This document shows, piece after piece, positions 30,132 through 39,702 of a stretch of 64,000 bases of DNA (position 1 is the first letter of the stretch; each line of letters opens with the position of its first letter). The stretch comes from an uncultured bacterium. GTDB lineage: Bacteria; Pseudomonadota; Gammaproteobacteria; Methylococcales; Methylomonadaceae. The notes beneath the pieces are model-generated. The model ran no database searches. It was not told where the DNA came from and saw only the letters and a program-made list of their open reading frames with translations. Position numbers and translations under genes: made by a program. The stretch lies in contig CBDUDV010000014.1 of NCBI GenBank assembly GCA_965366065.1, positions 141 through 64,140 on the forward strand, written 5' to 3'.

Positions 30132-30162
30132 GAATTAGCGGTTAAACATTGTTAGTAAGTAT

Positions 30163-30203
30163 AAAAAAGCCTCACCCATTATGAAAATGAGTGAGGCTTT
30201 TTT
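30163..30203 (-). terminator. Terminator of groEL copy A (bidirectional)
   Basis: aaaaaagcctcac...gtgaggctttttt. Confidence 0.85.
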
Positions 30204-30229
30204 GTATCGCTAAGTAAAAGCGGGGGAGC

Positions 30230-31948
<1,719 letters not shown>

Positions 31949-31959
31949 TTAAGCTTAGT

Positions 31960-32244
31960 TTATAGAGTGGCCATAATATCGTCTTCACGCATGACGATTA
32001 AGTCCTCACCGTCCACGGTGACTTCACTACCTGAATATTTAGTAAATAACACATGATCTCCGACTTTAACGTGCATTTCATGTAGTGATCCATTGTCTAA
32101 AACTTTACCAGAACCAATAGCGACAACTTTTCCTTCGCTAGGCTTTTCTGTTGCCGAACCTGGTAGTACGATGCCACTTGCAGTGGTTGTTTCTTCTTCA
32201 ACGCGTTTAATGACAACACGGTCGTGTAGAGGTTTAATCTTCAT
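31960..32244 (-). CDS. groES: Co-chaperonin GroES, copy A (divergent)
   Basis: [21 protein letters not shown]. Confidence 0.95.
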   Translation of the reverse strand: MKIKPLHDRVVIKRVEEETTTASGIVLPGSATEKPSEGKVVAIGSGKVLDNGSLHEMHVKVGDHVLFTKYSGSEVTVDGEDLIVMREDDIMATL

Positions 32245-32282
32245 TATTTTCTCCTTGTTAATAATTGATAGTGATTAGGGTT

Positions 32283-32951
32283 TTATTGCATTGTCGCGAC
32301 ATCGGATGTTTCGTCTACTTCAATTTCTTGCTGCTTTTTTTGAATAATATAGCGACCGAATTCTTGTAATGTGTGTACGGAGACTGGAATAGCATCCATA
32401 AGATTAATAGTTAAGCGAGACTTCCATTCGTCACTACTAAACTCTTCTTTGGTGTTTTTCTTTATTGATTCTAATAAGTCGGTTGTATCAAATTCCTCAT
32501 CAGCTAAAGCTCTAAAAACTTCAACACTACTGACAATAGAATCTGATTTAGCCGAATTTTTTATCATGAATGGTGTGCTCCATACCGGTAGACGTAAGGA
32601 TAAACCGAACCAAAAACCATGAGACCAGTTGTAAATATTATCAAATACAGTCTCATCTAAATTTTTAATATCGAAAGGATAGCTTAGCTCCCCTTTGTGT
32701 CTTAATGCCGTGTAGTGAGAAAAGCAGTCCATCAAGAATTCAGCTAAATCTTTAGCCGTTTCATCCTCTTCAAAAACAGCAAGGTCGCCATAAAAAGGGG
32801 CGGGCAACCATTCGGTAGGTTTAATTAAATCAGGTGTAATAACCAGCGCATGCATAAATCCTTCTAACTCTTTTTGATTAAAACAGCCACCAGGAATATT
32901 AATCGGTGCAAAACGTAATTGAAATCGGTCTTCTAGTTCTTTAGTAAGCAT
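32283..32951 (-). CDS. UPF0149/YecA-family protein
   Basis: ELEGFMHALVITPDLIKPTEWLP and WSHGFWFG motifs. Confidence 0.7.
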   Translation of the reverse strand: MLTKELEDRFQLRFAPINIPGGCFNQKELEGFMHALVITPDLIKPTEWLPAPFYGDLAVFEEDETAKDLAEFLMDCFSHYTALRHKGELSYPFDIKNLDETVFDNIYNWSHGFWFGLSLRLPVWSTPFMIKNSAKSDSIVSSVEVFRALADEEFDTTDLLESIKKNTKEEFSSDEWKSRLTINLMDAIPVSVHTLQEFGRYIIQKKQQEIEVDETSDVATMQ

Positions 32952-32993
32952 AGGTTTGAAAATCCAAGGGTATAAGAAGTGATGTTAGGTGAT

Positions 32994-33575
32994 TTATAAA
33001 TTAATCAATAAGGAAGAGACAATGTTGAAATAGCTATTGAGTAGTAAGGCTAAAGACTCATAGTAGATGTTTTCTAAGCCTTGAATCGGTTGGTTGCTTA
33101 AAAAATCGATAATATTCGTCACTTGTAAATTCAGCGCATCAATGGTTTTTGTAGAGAGACTGATAGATGAGTCTATCAACACATTGACGCCATGGTTCAG
33201 TGTATTAAATGTATCTACTGTCACCATTTTAGGATGATCAATAAAGAACTGAATCGCATTTTGTGCCTGACTACTGTAATCGCTCGCAACACTAACAAAC
33301 TGCTGATAATCCGCTTGGGCGCTTGGAATAATATCGTTATTCAGATGCGCATAAAATTCATTTCCTTTATCCGTTATCTCGCCTTTCCAGCGCAAACTTG
33401 TTTCAACAGGCGCATCATAAAATTCGGTAGTTGCGTTAGCAATACTGGTGTGTAACTCATTACCAGAAATAGCTGCGCGTTCAAATAGCGCATTAGCTTG
33501 CTGGCTTAGTAATTGATATAGCTCTTTAGTTGGCGTGATTATTTTTTCATCGTAATTAATATTGGAAGCGTTCAT
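32994..33575 (-). CDS. Hypothetical helical protein, 193 aa
   Basis: Open frame with AGGTGAG upstream; no motif recognised. Confidence 0.7.
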   Translation of the reverse strand: MNASNINYDEKIITPTKELYQLLSQQANALFERAAISGNELHTSIANATTEFYDAPVETSLRWKGEITDKGNEFYAHLNNDIIPSAQADYQQFVSVASDYSSQAQNAIQFFIDHPKMVTVDTFNTLNHGVNVLIDSSISLSTKTIDALNLQVTNIIDFLSNQPIQGLENIYYESLALLLNSYFNIVSSLLINL

Positions 33576-33680
33576 TGCTCACTCACCTGGTCTTAGTAAA
33601 ATTTGAAGAGAGCATTCTATCTGCAACAAATGCACTAAGGGAATGAGTCATATTGACGCGCGGCAAAATGCCGCTGATAT

Positions 33681-33696
33681 TGGCATTATATTTGCT
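33681..33696 (+). promoter_or_regulatory. Candidate second sigma-54 (-24/-12) promoter
   Basis: TGGCAT-TATAT-TTGCT with exact GG/GC spacing. Confidence 0.45.
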
Positions 33697-33745
33697 GAGT
33701 ATTAAAGGTTTGTACTGAATATTTGCTTAATTAATTGTGGATAAT

Positions 33746-33758
33746 TAAGAGCTTGATA
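33746..33758 (-). promoter_or_regulatory. IHF consensus site upstream of mmoX
   Basis: TAAGAGCTTGATA is the reverse complement of WATCAANNNNTTR; a one-mismatch site lies at 33963-33975. Confidence 0.5.
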
Positions 33759-34004
33759 TCGGCAAAATATTTTTGGAAGTTTTTTGAAGCTAGTGAATTA
33801 AGGTGATTGATCGTGTTTAGCTACAGTAAATGACGAAAACTATTTTTATGAATAAAGTGCTTACACATTTTCGCAGTGTTCAAAAATAAATGTCTAATTA
33901 TTGAACGAATGATCAGTTTTTAAACAGTGAATGAATATTTCATAGAAGTGATTATATGTGGTTATCTAGTTGATTTTTAATGATTTAATTTATATTTTGT
34001 AGTT

Positions 34005-34020
34005 TGGCACACTCGTTGCA
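34005..34020 (+). promoter_or_regulatory. Sigma-54 promoter of mmoX
   Basis: TGGCAC-ACTCG-TTGCA; sMMO operons are known to be sigma-54/MmoR dependent. Confidence 0.9.
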
Positions 34021-34151
34021 ATAAGTTACTGAGAAGCTGTCGCTAGGCTTGAGTTAGCAGACACTTCAATACTGTACGTTATCAAGCAAATAGGCATAGT
34101 GATAGCGACAGCTTCATTAACACTACTAACAAAGAAACGAGGATAATAAAC

Positions 34152-35735
34152 ATGGCAATAAGTGCTGCAACAAAAGCTGCAACCGATGCTTTGGCTGTTA
34201 ATCGTGCACCGACTGGCGTCAATGCTCAGGAAGTACATAGATGGCTACAAAGTTTTACTTGGGACTTCGATAAAAATCGTACTAAGTATCCTACTAAGTA
34301 CAAAATGGCGAATGATACGAAAGAGCAATTTAAGCTCATCGCCAAAGAATATGCACGCATGGAGTCTGTTAAAGATGAGCGTCAGTTCGGTAGTTTACAG
34401 GATGTATTAACACGTGTGGATGCGGGTAACAAAGTTCACCCGAAATGGAATGAGACGATGAAAGTTATCTCTAACTTCTTAGAAGTTGGGGAATACAATG
34501 CGATTGCTGCGACTGGGATGTTGTGGGATTCTGCTCAAGCACCTGAGCAAAAAAATGGATATTTAGCGCAAACATTAGATGAAATTCGTCACACTAACCA
34601 ATGTGGTTATGTGAATTACTATTTCACTAAACATGGGCAGGATGCCGCAGGACATAATGATGCACGTCGTACTAGAACAATTGGGCCGTTATGGAAAGGA
34701 ATGAAACGTGTATTCTCTGATGGGTTTATTTCAGGGGATGCTGTGGAATGTTCAATTAACTTACAGTTAGTTGGAGAAGCGTGTTTCACCAATCCACTAA
34801 TTGTTGCTGTTACTGAATGGGCTGCTGCCAATGGTGATGAAATCACACCAACGGTATTCTTATCTATTGAAACAGATGAGCTGCGCCATATGGCAAACGG
34901 TTACCAAACAATTGTTTCGATTGCAAACGACGAAGCCGCTTCGAAATACTTGAACACTGACCTTAACAATGCCTTCTGGACACAGCAAAAATATTTTACA
35001 CCAGTTTTAGGTATGTCGTTTGAATATGGTTCGCATTTTAAAGTTGAGCCTTGGGTTAAAACTTGGAACCGTTGGGTGTACGAAGACTGGGGCGGTATCT
35101 GGATTGGTCGTTTAGGTAAGTACGGAGTGAATTCTCCTGCAAGTTTACGTGATGCTAAAAAAGATGCGTACTGGGCTCATCATGATTTATTTCTTATTGC
35201 TTACGCACTATGGCCGACAGGTTTCTTCCGTTTAACATTACCAACGGCTGAAGAAGCAGATTGGTTTGAACTTAACTACCCAGGGTGGCACGAGCATTAC
35301 GGTGTTATTTATGACGAATGGCGTGCGCGTGGATGTGAAGACCCAAGCAGTGGCTTTCTTCCTATTATGTGGTTTATTGAAAACAATCACCCTATCTATA
35401 TTGATCGCGTATCACAAGTGCCTTTTTGCCCTAGCTTATGTAAAGGTGCAAGTACTTTACGTGTACATGAGTATAACGGTAAGAAAAATACTTTCAGTGA
35501 TGACTGGGGCGAACGTATGTGGCTATCTGAGCCAGAGCGTTATGAGTGTCAAAATATGTTTGAGCAATACGCAGGACGCGAATTATCAGAAGTGCTGACT
35601 GAATTACATGGTGTACGTAGCGATGGTAAGACTTTAATCGCACAACCGCACACGGATAAAGATAAGAAAATGTGGACATTGGATGATATTAAAGCACTGA
35701 ACTGTGTTTTTTCTGATCCTGTTGACGCGCTGTAA
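34152..35735 (+). CDS. mmoX: sMMO hydroxylase alpha subunit
   Basis: MAISAATKAATDALA N-terminus; diiron motifs LEVGEY, DEIRH, LVGEAC, DELRH. Confidence 0.99.
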   Translation: MAISAATKAATDALAVNRAPTGVNAQEVHRWLQSFTWDFDKNRTKYPTKYKMANDTKEQFKLIAKEYARMESVKDERQFGSLQDVLTRVDAGNKVHPKWNETMKVISNFLEVGEYNAIAATGMLWDSAQAPEQKNGYLAQTLDEIRHTNQCGYVNYYFTKHGQDAAGHNDARRTRTIGPLWKGMKRVFSDGFISGDAVECSINLQLVGEACFTNPLIVAVTEWAAANGDEITPTVFLSIETDELRHMANGYQTIVSIANDEAASKYLNTDLNNAFWTQQKYFTPVLGMSFEYGSHFKVEPWVKTWNRWVYEDWGGIWIGRLGKYGVNSPASLRDAKKDAYWAHHDLFLIAYALWPTGFFRLTLPTAEEADWFELNYPGWHEHYGVIYDEWRARGCEDPSSGFLPIMWFIENNHPIYIDRVSQVPFCPSLCKGASTLRVHEYNGKKNTFSDDWGERMWLSEPERYECQNMFEQYAGRELSEVLTELHGVRSDGKTLIAQPHTDKDKKMWTLDDIKALNCVFSDPVDAL

Positions 35736-35769
35736 GTCACACCCTATTTAATAGATAAAGGAAATACTA

Positions 35770-36948
35770 ATGGCAATACAAATAGAAACAGGTCAACGGG
35801 GACTAACGGACCCAGAAATGCAAAAAGTCATTGCGGATGCAGTGCCTGATCAACCTTTAGAATCTAACCGTAAAATGAACTACTTCGTTAAGCCGCGTGG
35901 ACGTCGCTTATCAGAGTATGAAATTCTATGTTGTTATACACAACCGACACCCGATTGGATTGCTGGTGGATTGGATTGGGGTGATTGGACGCAAAAATTT
36001 CATGGTGGTCGCCCTTCATGGGGTAATGAAACCACAGAAATGAAGTCAACGGATTGGCATAAACATCGTGATCCTGATAAACGCTGGCACGCTATCTATG
36101 TTAAAGATAAGGCAGAAGAAGCGCGCTATACACAGCGCTTTCTAAAGGCTTATTCGGCTGAAGGTCAAATCCGTACCATGAATCCTGTTTGGCGTGATGA
36201 AGTGCTAAACGATTATTTAGGCGCTTTTTGCTTTAACGAATATGGATTATTCAACTCACATTCTTCTGCTACACGTGATTGCTTAGGCGATACATTGCGT
36301 ATGAGTATTGCGATGATTGGCTTTGATAAAGTTGATAATGCGCAAATGATTCAAATGGAAAGAACCTTTTTAGCTAAATTGGTACCTGATTTCCCAGAAT
36401 CAACAGCAGAGCCTAAAAAAGAATGGACTGAAGGGAAAATCTATAAAGGCGCAAGAGAAGTTGTTGAAGATATTTGGCAAGATACCTATGACTGGAATGA
36501 AATTCTATGGGCAGGTCACATGGTGCATGATGCGCTGTTTGGTCAATTTGTACGCCGTGAGTTCTTCTTACGTTTATCTTCGTTCTACGGTGATAACTTA
36601 ACGCCTTTCTTTATTAACCAAGCGCAACTGTATCATCAACAGACTAAGGGAATTACGCAAGATATGTTCTTCCATTGTTTGGGTGATGATGCTGAATTTG
36701 GTGACTATAACCGCCGTCTAATGCGGGCCTGGACAGACAAATGGCTGCCAAGAACGCTGAATGCAATGAAAGATTTTATGGGCATTTTAGATAAAATTCC
36801 TGAAATTGATCATGTCACCACTAGAGATGCTGTTGAAGCAGCTGTAGGGCGTGTTGTTGACGATTGGATTGAAGATTATGCGAATAAAATTGGTTATAAA
36901 GCGGATAGAGCAGCTATGTTAAAAACCGTTTTATCTGGGCTTAAATAA
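35770..36948 (+). CDS. mmoY: sMMO hydroxylase beta subunit
   Basis: GLDWGDWTQKFHGGRPSW; position in operon. Confidence 0.98.
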   Translation: MAIQIETGQRGLTDPEMQKVIADAVPDQPLESNRKMNYFVKPRGRRLSEYEILCCYTQPTPDWIAGGLDWGDWTQKFHGGRPSWGNETTEMKSTDWHKHRDPDKRWHAIYVKDKAEEARYTQRFLKAYSAEGQIRTMNPVWRDEVLNDYLGAFCFNEYGLFNSHSSATRDCLGDTLRMSIAMIGFDKVDNAQMIQMERTFLAKLVPDFPESTAEPKKEWTEGKIYKGAREVVEDIWQDTYDWNEILWAGHMVHDALFGQFVRREFFLRLSSFYGDNLTPFFINQAQLYHQQTKGITQDMFFHCLGDDAEFGDYNRRLMRAWTDKWLPRTLNAMKDFMGILDKIPEIDHVTTRDAVEAAVGRVVDDWIEDYANKIGYKADRAAMLKTVLSGLK

Positions 36949-36958
36949 AGGAAATACT

Positions 36959-37381
36959 ATGTCAAATAAAGCAAATTCGTATGGTGCTGGCATCATGGCG
37001 AAAACAGGCAAAGAGTTTGCCGATGAATATTTCGCTGAAGAAAACCAAGTGGTTCACGAAAGTAGTGATGTTGTTCTTGTCTTAAAGAAGTCTGATGAAA
37101 TTAACATCATTGTTGATGAAATCTTATTAGGTGACCGTAAAGATGACAATCCAACCTTAGTGATTGAAGATCGTGCGGGTTACTGGTGGTTAAAAGCGAC
37201 AGGTAAAATTGAAGTGGATTGTGAAGAAGCCGCTGAAGTTTTAGGTAAAGACTATAACGTCTACGACTTTTTAGTGGATGTGTCTTCTACTATTGGGCGT
37301 GCCTTTACATTGGGTGAAACTTTTACCATTACATCTGAGCTCATGGGGCTTGATCGTGAATTGGAAAACTTGGAAGCATAG
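36959..37381 (+). CDS. mmoB: sMMO regulatory protein B
   Basis: VVLVLKKSDEI, SSTIGRAFTLG, SELMGLDR. Confidence 0.98.
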   Translation: MSNKANSYGAGIMAKTGKEFADEYFAEENQVVHESSDVVLVLKKSDEINIIVDEILLGDRKDDNPTLVIEDRAGYWWLKATGKIEVDCEEAAEVLGKDYNVYDFLVDVSSTIGRAFTLGETFTITSELMGLDRELENLEA

Positions 37382-37390
37382 GAGCTAACA

Positions 37391-37894
37391 ATGGCAAATT
37401 ATAAAGTACATGACAACCCTGTGCGTGATGAGTGGATCGCTAAAATTGGGCAGCTCAATACGCTTGCAAAAGGCGCTGAGTTTTTAACGGGCTTCCGTAA
37501 AAAATACACGACACCGTTACGTGAAAGCTTCGATTTAGAGCTAGATTGGTGTTGGATTGAGGCAAAAATTGAAGAAAAAGTGGCGTTATTGAAGCACGCA
37601 GAATTGAATGATACACAGTTTTTAAACAACTGTACCTGTGGTGCAAATGCGCAAGAAGTTGCTGATGCTGTGGTTGCTAAAATGGATGCTTGTTCTGAAA
37701 AATATGTAGCTGAAAAGTTACATATTAATTTTAGAACAGATTTTAAGCCACCTATTATGCCAACCAATGTGTTTATGGACACGGATCGTTTATTAGGCAC
37801 CAAACTAATGGAGTTACGTAATGTTGATTATTACGACATGCCATTAGAAGAGTTGCGTAAAGAGCGTGGCGTTAAAATTATTACGATTCAGTAA
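37391..37894 (+). CDS. mmoZ: sMMO hydroxylase gamma subunit
   Basis: FKPPIMPTN, LEELRKERGV. Confidence 0.97.
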   Translation: MANYKVHDNPVRDEWIAKIGQLNTLAKGAEFLTGFRKKYTTPLRESFDLELDWCWIEAKIEEKVALLKHAELNDTQFLNNCTCGANAQEVADAVVAKMDACSEKYVAEKLHINFRTDFKPPIMPTNVFMDTDRLLGTKLMELRNVDYYDMPLEELRKERGVKIITIQ

Positions 37895-37964
37895 TAAGGC
37901 AGGGTAGTTTTGCCGTTATCACTGTGCTTTTAGTCATGCACGAAAGTGCAGTGATCTGGCAGCT

Positions 37965-38000
37965 TGTAAAAGCACTTTAATAGAGTGCTTTTACACTTTT
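37965..38000 (+). terminator. Strong stem-loop between mmoZ and mmoD
   Basis: tgtaaaagcact / agtgcttttaca 12-bp stem followed by a short T-run. Confidence 0.65.
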
Positions 38001-38021
38001 AACTAAAAAGTAAGGAAAGAT

Positions 38022-38291
38022 ATGACTGATCTGTATGAGCAACCGACTAGAAATGTTAGTGAAATGTTTGGTAAAAATGAAGATCTAAATAAGCTATATG
38101 ATGATGATACTTATACTGCCTATACTGAAGATTTAGAGTTTATGTGGCGCTGGACTATTTATCGTGAAGATAAGTTAGTTCAAGAAGGCTGTTCACTCAC
38201 TGAAGATGCTTCTAAACGCGCGGTTGATCACGTTATGGCTTTTTTTAATATTAATGCAAAATGTAAACAGCAACGAGAGGTGATTGGTTAA
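38022..38291 (+). CDS. mmoD: MmoD (OrfY)
   Basis: DLEFMWRWTIYREDKLVQEGCSL. Confidence 0.92.
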   Translation: MTDLYEQPTRNVSEMFGKNEDLNKLYDDDTYTAYTEDLEFMWRWTIYREDKLVQEGCSLTEDASKRAVDHVMAFFNINAKCKQQREVIG

Positions 38292-39325
38292 TGTTAAACC
38301 ATCAAATTAAGATCATCACAGAAGAAGGCGAAGTCACTGAATTTGATTGTGCCGAAGACGAAGATATTATTAGTGCAGCAATACGCCAAAGTATTTTTTT
38401 AATGTCATCTTGCCGAGAAGGTGGTTGTGCTACCTGTAAGGGGGAATGTACGGAAGGTGACTTTGAAATGGGTAAGGTAAGTGCGCAAGCTTTACCTCAG
38501 GAAGAACAAGAAGAAGACATGGTTTTATTGTGTCGTTGTTATCCAACAGACGATATGGTGGTTGAAGTACCTTATACATTTGACCGCATTTCTTACTCAG
38601 AAGAAGGTAAAGAGTTTTCTACTGAAATTACAGAGCTACAGCAAGTATCAAGTAATGTGACTAAATTATGTTTAAAACGCACGGATGGCGAAAAACAAAT
38701 TAAGTTAGATTCTGGGCAATATTATGATTTAGAAATACCAGGTACAGAGATAACGCGCTCTTATTCACCCGCGAATATTGGCAATAATGACGGCGAGATG
38801 GAGTTCCTAATTCGTGTATTGGATGACGGTAAGTTTTCTAATTATCTTAAGCAAGACGCTAAACTTGGGCAAGCACTTAATGTGAAAGGGCCGTCAGGGA
38901 TTTTTGGCTTAGTGGCGAATGGATTTACGCCGCGTTATTTTGTTGCGGGCGGAACAGGGTTAGCACCTATTTTATCAATGGTTCGGTTTATGAAGGAATG
39001 GGGTGAGCCTCAGCCTTGTACGATTTATTTCGGATCAACTTTTGAAGAAGAAGTTTTTTATATTGATGAGTTGAATAAGTTGGCCAGTGAAATGGATAAC
39101 TTAACGGTCAAGATATGCGTATGGAAAGCGACGGATTCTTGGGCAGGTGAAAAAGGCAGTGTAGTTGATGTCTTGAAAAAGGATTTACAAGAGGCTTCCA
39201 CTAAACCTGATTTGTATTTATGCGGCCCTCCTGGAATGGTGGATGCAACTTATGCTGCATGTGCTGAAGTAGGTATTTCTAAAGATAATATTTATCTAGA
39301 GAAATTCTTAGCTAGCGCTTCTTGA
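38291..39325 (+). CDS. mmoC: sMMO reductase
   Basis: [2Fe-2S] motif CREGGCATC...LCRC; RSYS, GGTGLAP, YLCGPPGMV. Confidence 0.98.
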   Translation: MLNHQIKIITEEGEVTEFDCAEDEDIISAAIRQSIFLMSSCREGGCATCKGECTEGDFEMGKVSAQALPQEEQEEDMVLLCRCYPTDDMVVEVPYTFDRISYSEEGKEFSTEITELQQVSSNVTKLCLKRTDGEKQIKLDSGQYYDLEIPGTEITRSYSPANIGNNDGEMEFLIRVLDDGKFSNYLKQDAKLGQALNVKGPSGIFGLVANGFTPRYFVAGGTGLAPILSMVRFMKEWGEPQPCTIYFGSTFEEEVFYIDELNKLASEMDNLTVKICVWKATDSWAGEKGSVVDVLKKDLQEASTKPDLYLCGPPGMVDATYAACAEVGISKDNIYLEKFLASAS

Positions 39326-39346
39326 TTTTTTGCTGCTAACGATTTT

Positions 39347-39631
39347 ATGGATAAGCAAGATATCGAATTCATTTATGAAATGGTCAATCAATTGGATAGC
39401 ACGATCCATAAGCTGGTTGAAGACGAAGAAAGGATTCGGCAGAAACTCAGTGATGAGCGTATCGAAGAGTTAAATGAATATTGGCAGCAGGAATTAAGCG
39501 ACGAAGACGCACAAGAATTAAAAGCGACATTCGATTATTGGGACAAAATGCTAATTGTTACTTGGGCGCATAGCCGTAGAGCACACATAACAAGAGCTGC
39601 CGCAGGGCAAAAACTCATGAAAGAAAGTTAG
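39347..39631 (+). CDS. Small orf between mmoC and mmoG
   Basis: 94-aa helical ORF in the slot where gammaproteobacterial sMMO clusters carry a conserved hypothetical gene. Confidence 0.75.
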   Translation: MDKQDIEFIYEMVNQLDSTIHKLVEDEERIRQKLSDERIEELNEYWQQELSDEDAQELKATFDYWDKMLIVTWAHSRRAHITRAAAGQKLMKES

Positions 39632-39702
39632 TTTACATCAATAGGTGGGTTTTAACCTGTATTGAGCCTATTGTTTATCAACAAATTTAATAAGAAATCA
39701 CT

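Noticed and set aside
32978-32992. AGTGATGTTAGGTGA as a further element end
   Set aside because: Partial match only, with no partner end or TA flank.
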